Below, piece after piece: positions 13,189-26,617 of a stretch of DNA of 64,000 bases (position 1 is the first letter of the stretch; the number at the start of each line of letters is the position of its first letter). The notes under the pieces were generated by a model. It searched no databases, was not told the origin of the DNA, and saw only the letters and a list, made by a program, of their open reading frames with translations. The translations under genes were made by a program, and so were the position numbers. The DNA is from Chlorokybus atmophyticus (taxonomy: Eukaryota; Plantae; Mesostigma and Chlorokybus algae), in the NCBI GenBank assembly GCA_009103225.1, contig RHPI01003009.1, positions 148,091 to 212,090 on the forward strand, in the 5' to 3' direction.

Positions 13189-13463
13189 GAGATTCGAAAG
13201 GACGCAAGGACAGTACGTGCTTGTGTGTGGCAGTGAGCAGTATTGTACAGTGTTACACAACTTTTAGAGCTTGTTCAGACATCTAGGCAGGCAGGCAGAA
13301 TAGAATAGAGTAGCAAACAGCCAGTTGATTGCTCTTCCTCTTTTTCATTGTAACAAACTCTCTTGTCTTGTGGTACAGCTGTTCTGTGCTGAAAGAATGT
13401 ATCTGCCAGATGTCTGGCTAACCTCATATAAGATAACTAATGCACTATGTTACGATTGTCCCA

Positions 13464-14690
13464 TCAGTCGGAAATCTTGATGCCGCGCACATCCGCGGCT
13501 GACCGATCAGCCAAGTTTGACAGGGAAATCTTGTTGTCAACAGTGGAAGGTCCACCCTTTGCGTGCACACCCTACAAATCAGGTGTTAGTAGGATAAATA
13601 TGCGACATTCGGAAAACAATGGAATGGCCTTGTGTCCAGGCACATTTGAATGTGTACACTACCACCAATGTGTGGTGCATGCAACACATGCAGCAGGTGC
13701 GTGTTGTAAAGCTACCGTGTATAGGGACTTGTCGTCATGGAATTTCACTGCTTCAGCTTTCTGCACATGGATACACACTTGTGAGTCCGTATAAAGTATA
13801 AAGTATTAAACATGTTGACACGAGTTACCAGGCACTTCCCCATGCAGCAGCAACTTAAGCTCTCATTTTCCACACTTACAGTGCCATTGGCGATGGGTCC
13901 GCCTGCAGCAAGCAATTTGGCCTTCATGGCCTCTACGTCCATGCCGCCCTTCTCGGCGGCGATGAGTGGCAGCGCCTTGGCGAAGCCCTCGTACGTGATC
14001 TTGCGCTCGCCCTTGGCCTTCACCTTGGAGAAGATGATGTCCGCAGACTGTCGTAGCACAAGTGTCAGGTAAGGGAGTGTGACAAAAGGTGTTGTTGTGT
14101 ATGTGGGTGCATGTGCGTGTGTGCGTGCACATACTGTGGTGGTGAACTTCTTGTCAATAAGGCCAGTGTCCTTGCACAGTTTGGCGAACTTGGTTCCGTC
14201 CATCTGTCTCGACACAACGCATTGAGTTAAGCACCGCAGGCTCAATTGCAAAGCAAGTGCGTTCACATGCGCACACCTCGTTGACTGTCTTGCTGCCGCC
14301 GAAGGACGCAAAGGCCACAAAGAGCTCCTCGAGTGATCCAACAGGTGCACCTGACCATCCGACACTTGGTAAGTTATATAAAGTGTGTTGTGTGCATTGC
14401 TTGTTGCCGCAACGCAAGCAGCCAACAGATGCAAACAGTCTCTTGGCACAACCAACCAATCAGTAATTCAAGCAACACACATTCATAAGCATCCACAACA
14501 AGCCCTGTCTCACCTCCGACTTTAGGTGACGGTGGGGCAGCGGCGGATGAGGCCTTGGGCGAGGGGGGAGCCAGAGGCGCCACCTGGCGGCTGCTCGCGG
14601 CCTTCTTCTCCGTCACTGCGGGCTTTGCATCTGTCAAGCACCATGTCAAGGTTAGTTGCGCGCACGCGCACGAGCGCGAGCGCGAGCGAG

Positions 14691-14772
<82 letters not shown>

Positions 14773-15978
14773 CGAGCGAGCGAGCGAGCGAGAGCGAGAG
14801 AGAGAGAGCGAGCGAGAGAGAGCGAGAGAGAGCGAGAGAGAGGGAGAGAGAGCGAGAGAGAGGGAGAGAGAGGGAGAGAGAGGGAGAGAGAGAGAGAGAG
14901 AGAGAGAGTCTCTCACCTTTGGTCTGGATGCCACGCACGTCAGCGGCGGAGCGGTCGGCTAGGGACGAGAGTGTGATCTTGTCCTTGTCGACATTGGTGG
15001 GCCCGCCCTTTGCGTGCACGCCCTGCGCGTGTTTGTTGTCAATATACTTCTCCGTCTTACCCACTTGATATAGCCATAAGAAGGGTGGAGTGGGCAAGCA
15101 TGTTGGCATGCCCATCAGTGTTCAACACAACGCGCACTGCCACTCACGGTGTATAGGGACTTGTCGTCGTGAAACTTCACGGCCTCAGCTTGCTGCAAGA
15201 GACAGTCTCATTCAGAAAGGATTGCAATAAGTGACACTTTTATGTTGTTGTCGTGGTGCAGCAGTGCAAGGGTGATACATCACTGCGGTGCTTACTGTGC
15301 CAGAGGACGTGGGACCGCCTGCAGATACAATCTGTGTACAAGGGGGGAAGTCAGCCGCAGCTTGTAGTTCATAGTTCATAATTATCACACTGATTTTGCC
15401 GTTGTGGCATTGTGGTACCACTGGGCATCAATCACTTGGGTGGTCGTGCGTGTATGCGTGTGTGTACCGCTGCGGTGACTTCGTCAACAGGGCAGCCTTT
15501 CTTCTCAGCAATGAGCTCCAGTGCCTTGGTGAACTGTTCGAAGTTGATCTTGCGCTCGCCCTTGGCCTTGGCTTTGGCGTATGTCAAGTCCACGTCCGTT
15601 GTCGTGAATTTCTGCCCATAACACAACAACAAATAAACCTCGTGTTGCAAATCAGGTGTTGGGTTGGGCTATACAAGATTACCACTGTCACACCTTGCTG
15701 ATGAGCTTGCAGTCCTTGCAGAGTTTGGCGAACTTGGCTCCGTCCATGTCGCTGGCTTTGGCGCTGCTGCCGAAGCTGGCAAACGCCACGAACACATCGC
15801 GCAGGTCATCTGCTTATGACAATATTGTTACCCATTGGTTGGTTGTTAACCAGTCACTGTACGTGTGTGTGTGCGTACGTGTGTAACTGCAAGTGTATGC
15901 GCAAGTTGGTGCGTGTGGATGTGCATGTATGCAAGTGTGCACCCTTCATTAAGTGCAGAATGTTGACGTACCGGCCAT
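13464..15978 (-). CDS. TPPP: TPPP/p25-alpha family protein with two tandem p25-alpha domains
   Basis: Domain 1: DLRDVFVAFASFG..MDGAKFAKLCKDCKL..TTTDVDLTYAKAKAKGERKINFEQF..FHDDKSLYTGVHAKGGPT..LADRSAADVRG. Domain 2: LEELFVAFASFG..MDGTKFAKLCKDTGL..ADIIFSKVKAKGERKITY..FHDDKSLYT..KGGPSTVD..LADRSAADVRGIKISD*. A Pro/Ala linker joins them. Confidence 0.92.
14671..14908. repeat. (AG)n microsatellite with GAGC/GAGG variants, inside a TPPP intron
   Basis: About 240 bp of gagaga...; it explains the spurious ER/SL-repeat ORFs. Confidence 0.95.
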
Positions 15979-16301
15979 GGTTGAGACTCTCTGCTGCTAC
16001 AGTCAGTTATCTTGCAGAGAAGCTGCAACACAAACGAAGGCCTCTACGTGAGTACAGTTGCACAGAACAAAAGACAAGCTTGACGACACACTCAAGGGCG
16101 TAATGTTGACCAGCAGGCCAGACCCACACCAGGCCAAGCGCTCTCACCTTTCAGGCAGTCCCTCTCACAGGCAGGTGTCTACGCCTTCACTATGCAAACG
16201 CCTCTCACTCTACGCACCAAAGACACACACTGCTCCGCTTCAAGCTCTGCCGCCCTTCTTAACTCTTGTCAATGCCGTAACGCAATGCTTGATATCTACT
16301 T

Positions 16302-16375
16302 TGGTCTCGTCTGGTCTGGTCTGGTCTGGTCTGGTCCAGACCTTCCTTCAATCTGGTCTGGTCTGGTCTGACCCG
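16302..16375. repeat. (TCTGG)n pentamer tract upstream of TPPP
   Basis: ggtctcgtctggtctggtctggtctggtctggtcc...tctggtctggtctggtctg. Confidence 0.8.
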
Positions 16376-17172
16376 ACCACTGCTCTGACACACCGCAGGC
16401 CTGCGTTTGTGTGTCAGACCCCTCCCCGTTGTTTGACTATGGTGGTACGGCTGTGGCACGGCACAAGTACGGACAGTGTGCTGAGGAGTGTCTCAGTGCT
16501 AGCTCTCGCACGCTTTTCCTTCGCTCCGTCCCGCTTTGGACTCGCGTGATTGACCCCGCGAGGTCACGTGCTAGGGCTCACGTGTGGAAATGACTCGCTT
16601 GGACACGTCACATAAAAGGGGGGGGGNNNNNNNNNNNGGGGGGGGCGGGGGGCAATCAACATTACAAATTGGGCCACAACGGCGGTGCTGCTAGGTACTA
16701 CCTAGTAGGTAGCCCAGATGTTGTCTCTTTTCAAGTACCTCCTTCGGCCCCAAAATGTAATAAATGTTCAACATGGTTGGTGTCTTTTTCATATCAAGTG
16801 TTACATATTTTATGACCACGTAGTCCCTGAGCCATAAATATGAACCAACAAGCATGCAAACCTCTCCCTGCGCCGGTCGGATGAAGCCATAAAGTCTAAT
16901 TCTGTGTTATGCACAATGTGTTGTGAAGTTGCATGCATTATGAGCATTATACATGGTACAACAACATTCAATGTGACTAAAGAATGATATGAAATTAATG
17001 TGTTTCTCTCTTCAAGTGTTGATCATCACTTGTGATCAACCCCTGCGATGTATCCACCATGATATGAGTGTGGAGCATCCTGTGTGACTTCTCGATAAGT
17101 GCTTTACAACACGTGCAACAATTACAAGTGTTTTGATACTGTAGTACCATATAGCAAGCTCCTGCTGTCCAG

Positions 17173-18169
17173 TTTTACTTGCAAGTGTCATTCATCAAGT
17201 TATTATTATATGATAAAGCACTACAACGACATCCAATTGAAAGTAAGTATGAACCCACAAGCATGTGCATATCTTAAACGCATGGAGTGCTGCAAATGGG
17301 CACATGCATCACTTGCATGTTCTGTGCCCGCATGATACAAATTGCTGCAATAGATGTGGGGTATTGGAGCAAATGCAAGGTAACCAAGGGTTGGCTCAAC
17401 CTTGAGAGTTTTTGACATGATGCAATGCCGCATGCCATAAACACGAACCAATCTTGGCACCGCACCTTGGAGAACAAGGTTAGTTATCGAGGAGGTAGCT
17501 CCTCTCAACTCTTGCACATAATAACATCTACACATGAACCTAAAACGCATGTTCAATATGCAATGTGCCGAAGAGTTGAACAACAATATGAAGTGCCTAG
17601 TTACAATGAGTAATGCGATTGCCAAGTCCCATGCACAGCTACGTGCAGGCGCCGTGCCTCCCCCCCCTCCCCCCCATTTTTACTTGCAAGTGTCATTCAT
17701 CAAGTTATTATTATATGACAAAGCACTACAGCAACATCCAATTGAAAGTAAGTATAAACCCACAAGCATGTGCATATCTTAAACGCATGGAGTGCTGCAA
17801 ATGGGCACATGCATCACTTGCATTTTTTGTGCCCGCATGATACAGATTGCTGCAATAAATGTGGGGTATTGGAGCAAATGCAAGGTAACCAAGGGTTGGC
17901 TCAACCTTGAGAGTTTTTGACATGATGCAATGCCGCATGCTATAAACACGAACCAATCTTGGCACCGCACCTTGGAGAACAAGGTCAGTTATCGAGGAGG
18001 TAGCTCCTCTCAACTCTTGCACATAATAACATCTGCACATGAACCTAAAACGCATGTTCAATATGCAATGTGCCGAAGAGTTGAACAACAATATGAAGTG
18101 CCTAGTTACAATGAGTAATGCGATTGCCAAGTCCCATGCACAGCTACGTGCAGGCGCCGTGCCTCCCCC
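17173..18169. repeat. Tandem duplication of a 505-bp unit, each unit ending in a poly-C tract; abuts an N-gap
   Basis: Units start at 17173 and 17678 (ttttacttgcaagtgtcattcatc...) and end gtgcctccccc. They are nearly identical, with scattered substitutions. Confidence 0.9.
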
Positions 18170-18432
18170 NNNNNNNNNNNNNNNNNNNNNNNNNNNNNNN
18201 NNNNNNNNNNNNNNNNNNNNNNNNNNNNNNNNNNNNNNNNNNNNNNNNNNNNNNNNNCCCCCGCCGGGCACGCTGCATCAACTCAAGTGCTAGACATCAG
18301 TACAGGCGTCATCGCTTCAAGGCAGCAACCACGCAGAATCTCTAATAAAACGCGTAACCTCCACCTTTTGCAAGTCGTAATGTCTATCTCCATACACGAC
18401 CAGAACTACCATTGAAAGCTGTACAGGGGGCG

Positions 18433-20326
18433 TCATTCAGTCTTGTCAAACCGCATCGGGACGTCCAGCATACCAAGGCAGCAGAGCCCCGAGAGCAAAA
18501 TAATCAGCAAGATAGCGCCCTGCCAGCACACGTGTCACATGAGCACCAGACTGACTCATAGCACATGTCAGAATGAGGTTAAGCAGAGAAGACTTCATGC
18601 ACTTGCTAACACACCCACACCCACACACAGATGCATAGCAACAGAATGTTGCTTACAATAACCAGGCCCTCAAGTGTTGCCACTCTTGTCATGCACTTCT
18701 CGTCGCATGTGTTGTTGGTGACCTCCTGCAGAAGCCTTCGCCTGAACGGCTGGCCGTCACTGTCTGGCGCAGTTACATCCGACGTGTACACCAACGCATA
18801 CGGTACATTCGCGCTGTGGAGATGATCAACAAGCCGTTGGAACCTTGAAACTGCGTGTGAATGCAATCAGTACTACTGCAGTGGCAGACTATGCATGCTC
18901 GACATGCAAATATGACAAGGTCAAACTGGCGCTAGCATGGCTGCAAGCTCGAACCTTCTGAAGAAAGCACCGACGCCACAACAGGATACTCATTGTAGTC
19001 AGGGTTGACAGCTGCGTCCGAGCACACCAGTAACAAATCTGCCGGTGAGTCAACAGGGCGTTGTTGTCGGTGGCGAAGAAACTCCTGTGACCAGCAATGC
19101 TGCGCATAAGCCAACACTTCAAGGTCAAGCCTGTTGTCACAAGTCTTACTTACATCAATTGTGGCGTCGGTGCTCAGGTGCGTTACACTCTCGGGCACTT
19201 CGCGACAGTTGCCAGCTGCGTAGACTTTGCCTGCAGTCTGCTCGTTGGGCCTAAATGTGAACGCATCAAACATGTCTGCAGCAATCTGCCCATAGCTGGG
19301 CCCCAAAGACACATATGCAAGTGTCAGAGAAGATTCTGCCGAGCTGAGCGCATCCTGTGTGCCAAAGAATAGTCAGACATGTACTGCAGCAGTATGGCGC
19401 CGTCTTTATGCATTGCAAGATACTTGCCTTCAGAGGCTGAAGCGTGCTGTCCGGGCCGTACTGTGCCAGGTCATGCGACCGGATCTGCACAGTATGCACA
19501 TGCATGCCCTTACTGGTGATTGACAAGTTCCAGTGCCAGTGCCACTACAAACCCTCCCTTGGCTTACCTGGCTGCCGATGTATACCACAACAACTGCTGG
19601 TGGTTCTTGCGAAACGAACTGTTTGTGTATGTACGGAGCAGCCCACTGCGCGTCCCCTTTCTGCCACACAAGAAGTCAGCTCATGCATACCAACACGACA
19701 TACTGCACATTCCACCCCAAGACAAGCAGGTATCAACCAGCGCAAAGCAGCATTGCAATCTTGAATGTAACACATGCAAGTATCACTATTGCTGAGTAAG
19801 TAAGACCCTACAGAACAGGCACTGCGATGTTACTGAAAGGATACAGATCAACTGCGGCTGTGTTGATGACATGACAATTTGGCACGTCATGCAACTCTAA
19901 GCCGTTGCGGGAGGGTCGTTGCACAAGTTGTACCTGCTGCTGCAAGATCAAGCTGCCAATGACGCCTTCCGCCAACGTGCCGCTCTCAATGGTTTGGTAC
20001 ACCACTCGAGAACCCTCCCCAAAGTACCTAATGCGGCAAACTCAGTGCAATGAAACCGCGCCTATCCATAATTTAGTAGAGGCTGATAGCACACAGTGCC
20101 CCATGCTTTAGCAAACGCTAGTGTTGGCAGCAGCAGACTCAGAAGAAGAGTCCCCAGCATTATTCATGTGAACTGAAGCCTTGCGCCAAGTTGTAGCAAA
20201 CGTTGTCTCTTACCCTCTGTTGCTGATTAGAAAAGCGGGCGCAAGGATGGAGGCCTGAGCTGTGCCAGCAGCCACAAGAAGGCAAACAGCAACAGCAGCG
20301 TATGCGCAACCCCTGAGCGGTGTCAT
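18433..20326 (-). CDS. V-ATPase accessory subunit Ac45/VOA1-like type I membrane protein (plant At3g13410-like family)
   Basis: Signal peptide MTPLRGCAYAAVAVCLLVAAGTAQASILAPAFLISN; exons VVYQTI, EPPAVVVVYIGSQ, DLLLVCS, PYALVYTSD..RRRLLQEVTNNTCDEKCMTRVATLEGL; C-terminal TM GAILLIILLSGLCCLGMLDVPMRFDKTE*, like the plant ILISGLCCMMGIDTPTRFE end. Confidence 0.82.
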
Positions 20327-20512
20327 GGCTGGGGGCACCGCCGCCTACGACGCCGCCTGCGCCACCGACACCGTTGGTGTAGGGCTGGGTTAAGAAGTAG
20401 GGCTTGCTGCTAAGCATTGAAGTCCATCTGTTAAGGTGGTTTACACTTCTTAACAACAAGCAATTACGCTTTCAGCTTGCTTCCAAATGCTTTCCATTGC
20501 ATATATAGCTTC

Positions 20513-20521
20513 AAACCCTAA
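20513..20521 (+). promoter_or_regulatory. Telo-box (AAACCCTAA) in the divergent Ac45/IMP promoter
   Basis: Exact motif in a 360-bp head-to-head intergenic region, next to an ATATATAG tract. Confidence 0.55.
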
Positions 20522-20685
20522 GCCCGTCGTGGGTGACGTGGCAGCGGCGACAGCAGCTGTGGGGTGGGCGGCGGCGAGGGGAAGACCGTGTGCAACGTCG
20601 CTTGTGCTGCTAGCCGCGGACTGTCTGTGACGGCACCATTAGAAGGAGGAAGAGGAGGTGGAGGAGGAGAAAGACGAGCAAGAGG

Positions 20686-21944
20686 ATGTCTGGGCGAGTT
20701 GGACTGCGGTACTTGGTCGCTACCTTCAAAGACGGCGTGCTGCCTACGCTTCAGGTGCGAGTATGATCGGAGGCGACTGCAATTGTCAGACTTTAACTCT
20801 GTGTCTGTTAAAATAGTTGTGTGAATGCTCATGCTTGGCCCTATACAGTCATGCTGCTGGGTTGAAGCACACAGGCAAATTGCTCCTTGAATTGGCTGTC
20901 AGCGTCAGAATGGTCTGCGAAGTTTGCTAGCGTCCATGGTCTGCGATAAGTGCGCATAGGCTCGTTTGCGCGCACTTAAGTGATTGATGTACTGCTCAGG
21001 TCAGGGTTACCGCATCCAAGGCTGGGGTAGCTTGCACATGCCGTTCTGACGTTTGTTTGGTTGCATGCAGGACTACTACAAGGGTGCGGCGACAGAGGCG
21101 TCGGTGGTGGCAGGCATCCAGCAGTGGCTAACGTTAAAGCACAAACTGACATTCACAATGCCCGCACCTGCCGACGACTCCATGGCCCCAACATGCACAG
21201 GGAAGGACAGGCTGCTTGTGAGGAGCATACCACGACCCTCAACCAGGTAACAGCTTCATGGCCGCCCAGCGTTTGCGCTAGCTGGCATAAAAATGGCTTA
21301 CAAAGCAGTCTTACCACAACATTTACTGTCAGCTTGGGAGACAAGCATGTTGTCTGCATTGTGCATTCTTTGGTATGTTGTAAGCAGCATCATGTACATG
21401 CTTGACAGGAACGTGTTTGTGGGTGACTGCGTGGCATTAAAGAGTCCGCTAAAGGACGGCGAGCACATGGTCAGGAGGGTGGTTGCAATAGAAGGAGACG
21501 AGATGGTGTCCTCAGAAGAATCGCAGGAACCTTTTCAGCTGGATAGGGACCTGTGCTGGGTGCTTGCAGACAACCCAGCGAGGTCACCAGCGGTGCGCAT
21601 GAATTTGCACAATAGCCGCGTCTGTTGCAACATTAGAATGCAATCGTACCATTACGCTCATGAGCGCAATGTCAGCAGGAAGCAACTGATAGTCGAACAT
21701 TTGGACCACTGCAACTCTCTCGCATTCTGGGCCGAGCTATATACTGCGCGCGATCTGTGACAGACCATTCGCACATTGAGAACAGGTACTGGATGTTGAG
21801 CATACCCAGTATGGTATCTGTTGGGATGTTGTTGTCGTGCTTGGTCACACATTCCTGTTGCACAGTGAAAGAGCCGCAGCAGCAGATTCGGCGGTGCTCA
21901 CAGCAGAGCTGGACGTCGAAGACCTCGTGAAGGAGGATGTGTGA
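20686..21944 (+). CDS. Mitochondrial inner-membrane peptidase-like protein (S26 family, plant At1g06200-like)
   Basis: Exons give DDSMAPT, VFVGDCVALKSP, MVRRVVAIEGDEMVS, CWVLADN, DSRTFGPL..ILGRAIYCARSVTDH, VLTAELDVEDL..*. The catalytic Lys position reads Arg (VRRV). Confidence 0.82.
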
Positions 21945-24283
21945 CTGCCTGTGTGGGTTGCATTGTTACTTGGCGATACTGGTCAGCAAGGCAAACAGGT
22001 TAGGGCTATTTACTGTACAGACAGATTGTGGTGGTAAGTTCATCCACGCAAGAGGTATGGACGCTCAGCAGCTGGCAGGACCAGTGCCCCTGGTGCACTT
22101 GCTCTGCCTGCTCTCTAGCTGTTATTGATAGTAATTGCTTGCGGTTCTCTCTAGTGTCTGTGCGTTGGCGTGCTGTTGATGATGAGCAGCGTCTATTGCA
22201 CTATTCTTCCGTGGGTGACAAGAGGTTTTGCATCAGCGTGTGGACATGTATGATGTGCTGTGTTGGCTATTGCTTTGTGAGGGCTCTTTGATCAATATAA
22301 ATGATGTATACAACATTTGACACATGTCTCATTCATGGGTGACATTTTCATTGACAACTTGTTGTATAACATATGCAATACACAGATCCTTCATTGTTTG
22401 AGTTGACTGCAGCCAGACCAAAAAGGTCTCAGTTTTTAACCATATTGCCATCGCTGCTGTTGTGCACTCTTTGTCATATATGCATTGCACATTTACTAAA
22501 GCACGACATGATGTTGCGAGTAGTACGCATAATTTGTCATCCTCATGTTACATTCAATATGCGGTTCATCATGCTGCAGCTATAGAAAATCTCAATGCCA
22601 CACCGAGCAACCCGCATGCACACGAATGTTAATGGGTGTTTAAACACATCATAACCAACGGTAGAGTTGCGTTTATAGCAAAATCTGGCATTCCCTCGGG
22701 GCCACGTGCATGAAGCAAGCAATGTGCTAACTGCAAACAAACAGTAGCACACTCCATTTGCATGGGGGCCAAGGTAGAATTAACCTAGCTATCACCAACC
22801 ATGACCGCTATGACGACTAGGACTACTTGAACCCTTCAGCAGGAGTGGGGTGGGAGAGGGTAGAGGCAATCATGCAAAGAAGGAAGTAGCAACCTGATAT
22901 TTACACAAACACCTGCTTATTGTCGCCACTTGAACAATTAAGCATGCTTAGTTTATGTGGGCATGGTCGTCCTTGTTGTCGTCATCGTCACATGTGCCTT
23001 TAACTCACCTTTTGCCCATTTGCCTTGCTTAGGTATACTTAAGGTAACCAACAGCTGAAGTCTTGTTTGCCTTGGCTTGCTTTGCACATAGGACCCAGCA
23101 CTTTAAGCTACCAGGTTTTATGTGTGTTTTTATGAAGTCCTTGCTGTTGCTGCCACCTCAAAGTCTACTTGCTTCTTCCTCATCTTGGTGTTTACTTCAT
23201 TGTAATACATGTGCTGCACTGCTCTGCAGATATAATCGGCCGCTACCCGCAGCCGGTCTCGATCTACCATGCGTGTCATTGCGCAAACGTGTAAAATGCA
23301 AGTGTGTAAATGCAAGCGTGTGCACACAACCAGCAACACGGCAAAGGCAATGTAATTGCATTTATGAGCTAAGAGCAACCACCCCCGGAGGTTGTGCTTA
23401 TCAGTAATTTGAGTGGTTGAGTTCTTTGTGTGTGCTGTGTGTATTGATTTTCCGGCCCTCTATTCTGCTTCATACCGTATGGTAAGTGTAGTTAAATGTA
23501 TGGTTTGAGAATAAGTCTTGCAGCATCCAAGGTTCCCGCATGGCCATTTTCAAAAACTGTGCATGGCTACAGCTCATGCAATTGTTCAATCGGTGCGTTT
23601 AGTGAATACGTTTCAGCAGTGTTCACCAACCTCTGAAACATGTTCAGCGAACAGGAGCCGAAGAAAGCCGGGTAGGGTCAGGCCTTCAGGATTGCTGCTA
23701 ACCAAAACCTTAACCGCGAATACCCATGCCAATGGCGCTAGCAGTGCCTGTGGTGACAACGGCGGCGGCGGCGGCGGTGGTGGTGGCGCTGTTCTCGTAG
23801 CGCTACTTGTGCGACGCGCATCGTCGCATTACAGGCCTGTCACAAACCCAATGGAGCAAACAGCAACGGTCCGTCTCTTTATATTCTCTATACTGGCCTT
23901 GCAAACAGCTGTTGGATACTGCTGCTTCTTCTCTCTGCTCATGCCTTTAGCATTGCTGAAGCGCCAGCTCTTTTATTATTCTGTATACAATCTTCTTGTC
24001 CATTGACGTTTGAGTGAGTCTTGCGCTGTATCCAAGTTAATTGTGCTGATTCTCCTTGTTTTGCTGAGCTCAGTGTGCAAGCAGCATTTGCGTAGACTAA
24101 CATACGTACTGTGAGGCGACTAGCACATGCTTTCTCGATTTAGAGTCCCGTTATGTAGTACTGTTGTGTAGCTTTTTTGATAGTTCAAAGCTGCTAGTAG
24201 CTTCACCGAGACTTACCAAGACTAAGCCTGCTGCTCAATGCTGCAATGTTGTTGACTGCATGCTTGCGCCTCACCACACACAG

Positions 24284-26617
24284 GCAGAGGCTGATTGGGA
24301 CGGCGGGCTTGCGAGGTTGCAAACGGACGAGAAGCTTGACGACGAGCTGGAAGAAGAGGAAGACGAGGCGGGAGGATCTTATGCAGCGGGCCGGCCAAGA
24401 TTGGACGCCACCACCACGAACACCACTACCAACAACAACACTACCAACAACAAGAACAACAACACTGACATTGACAGCAACAACGCTGAGAAGACGGTGG
24501 CAGCACCCAACTCAGCAGCCGTCACTGCCCATCCAACCACCGCGCCTGCCTCCAACAACAATGCCAACAGCAGCCACAATAGCAAGAAGCCTCCTGCGTC
24601 TGGCACTGCCACAGACAAGGTGGGGGGAAACAACAACAACGACAGCGTTGTTCCTGACAATGCGGGTGCTGCGGACAAGGGTGAGGCGGGTGGAGGCGGT
24701 GGTGACGATGACGAGGGCGAAGCTGAGGAGATGGAGGTTGGTGGCAAGGGCGGGAAGGGCGAGCGCACGAAGCGGATCCTCCGGCCGAGGTCGCATGGAC
24801 GGGAGCGCTCGCGACGCCACAAAGACGCGCCTCCGCTCTCCAACCCAGAAGGGTGCGCGTGCATATGCGTACGTGGTGGTTGTAAGCACACGTGTGTCAT
24901 TTGTCAATGGCATTACGTCAAGATCGCCAGTGCAATAGTTGTACGACGTGCGCAGATTCAACATGCAATGCAACTAGTTGCAGCATTCACATGCCAACGT
25001 CATGCGGCAGCCTTCTGTATACATATGCTATATTACTTGCTAGTGTGACTAGCTTAATGGTTACTGCAGAGTGTGTCTACTCGAGTTGAGGTTGTGGTGC
25101 ATGCTTTGTGGCCTCTCTGGGCCTTATGCTGTGTGTGCATGCGCGTATCCAACTGTGGTGTGTACGTGCCTGTTGGTTATAACTTATCCTCTGCTGTTGT
25201 GTATGCAGGCACCCAGGTATGTCAAGAGCACCCTCGACATTGTCAACTCACGCCATTTCCAGCCCTGTCTGCTAGTCTTTTGTGCATGTTGCACCTGTTC
25301 GCTCCTTCGCTGTTGCAGTGCTTTTGTGCGCAGGTTGCACGTTGTGACTGTTGATTTCATGTCCATGTGTGAACAGTGTTGCTTTATCGCGAGGGCGAAT
25401 CGCTCGACCTGGCGAGGCACTTAGCGAGCAGCCATAACAACACCAACAACAGCGCGACAGACAACTCGGGTGGCGCGCTAGTGGAGGTGCGGGTGCCCGC
25501 AGCGTCAGTGAGCCTTGGAAACAGGGCCGTGAGGTCGAGGCAACTGTGGGGCACGGATGTGTACACGGAGGACTCGGACGTGGTGGCGGCCCTCACGCAC
25601 GCGGGTTTCTACACGCCGGCGTTGCACCCGCCCCCGCCAGTAGTGTCGGAGCTGCGCGCCACGCTGCGCATACTGCCCCCGCGGCGCGAGGGCTACGTGT
25701 CCTCCGCGCGCAACGGCGTGCGTTCCCGCGCGTGGGGCCCGCCCGTCTCTCACAACGGCGGGTGCAGCTACCGCATCGAGTCATGCAAGGTGGTCACGCC
25801 GAAGGGCGAGTCGGTCAACCTCCGGCCCATCCTGCGGGCGCGCCTCCCCGCCCTCTGTCCAACCCTCCTGCCCGCCGCCGGCAACGGTCCCATCCACACC
25901 GCGCCCGGCACTCGCGCAGCCAGCTGGCGCACAAACACCCACCACGCCCGCACCGCTCAGGAAGTAACCCTCCAGTACAACCTGTGCAACGAGCCGTGGC
26001 TTAAGTATGCCATGGCCGCCCTCGCTGACCGCGGACCAGAGCCCCGAGACTACACCTCTGCGCGCCTCGGCAATGAGGTGAGCACTTGCGCCAAGTCAAT
26101 AGTCACAGTAATCTGTGCGCGCGCTCAAAGTAACGCCCCCAAGAATGCAAGCAAGGACTGTTGCCCATTGCCTGGGTCAATTGGAGTGAGAACTACCTTG
26201 CAACTGGTTGCTTTCAACTGCCTGTGTGTGTATGTGCGCGCGCTTGCATGTATTCTACGTGAACCGCAGCTGTTCAGTCTCACAACATACTGACCAAAAC
26301 AGGTGCTGCTGCTTGAGACGCACCGAGCGCGGTTTGAGCTGGCGTGCGTGCACGACGCGAAGAGGTTGTACAGGTTCTCACGGTGTCGGCGGCTGATGGC
26401 GGCGGACGCCCTGCGCACGGTGAAGCTGCCGCTGCCGGTGCCGGACGAGGCGGATGTGCTTGAGAGCAACCTGGCATGGGAGGACCTGCAGTGGGCCCCG
26501 TCGGGCGTGTACGTGCGCGGTCGCCACTACCCGCTCGCGCGCATACACTTCCTCTACGTTGATCTCGAACAAAGGGCAGGCGCCGCCACCATCCCCGAAG
26601 TGTCCACAGACAGCTGA
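24284..26617 (+). CDS. HDC1: Histone Deacetylase Complex 1-like protein (RXT3 domain); 5' exon(s) not identified
   Basis: RQLWGTDVYTEDSDVVAAL, RNGVRSRAWG, CSYRIESC, EVTLQYNLCNEPWLKY, TSARL, VLLLETH..RFEL, LESNLAWEDLQW..YPLARIHFL, following an acidic/Asn-rich low-complexity exon. Confidence 0.9.

Noticed and set aside
14374-15115. Long ER/RE/SL-repeat ORFs
   Set aside because: Translation of an intronic (AG)n microsatellite.
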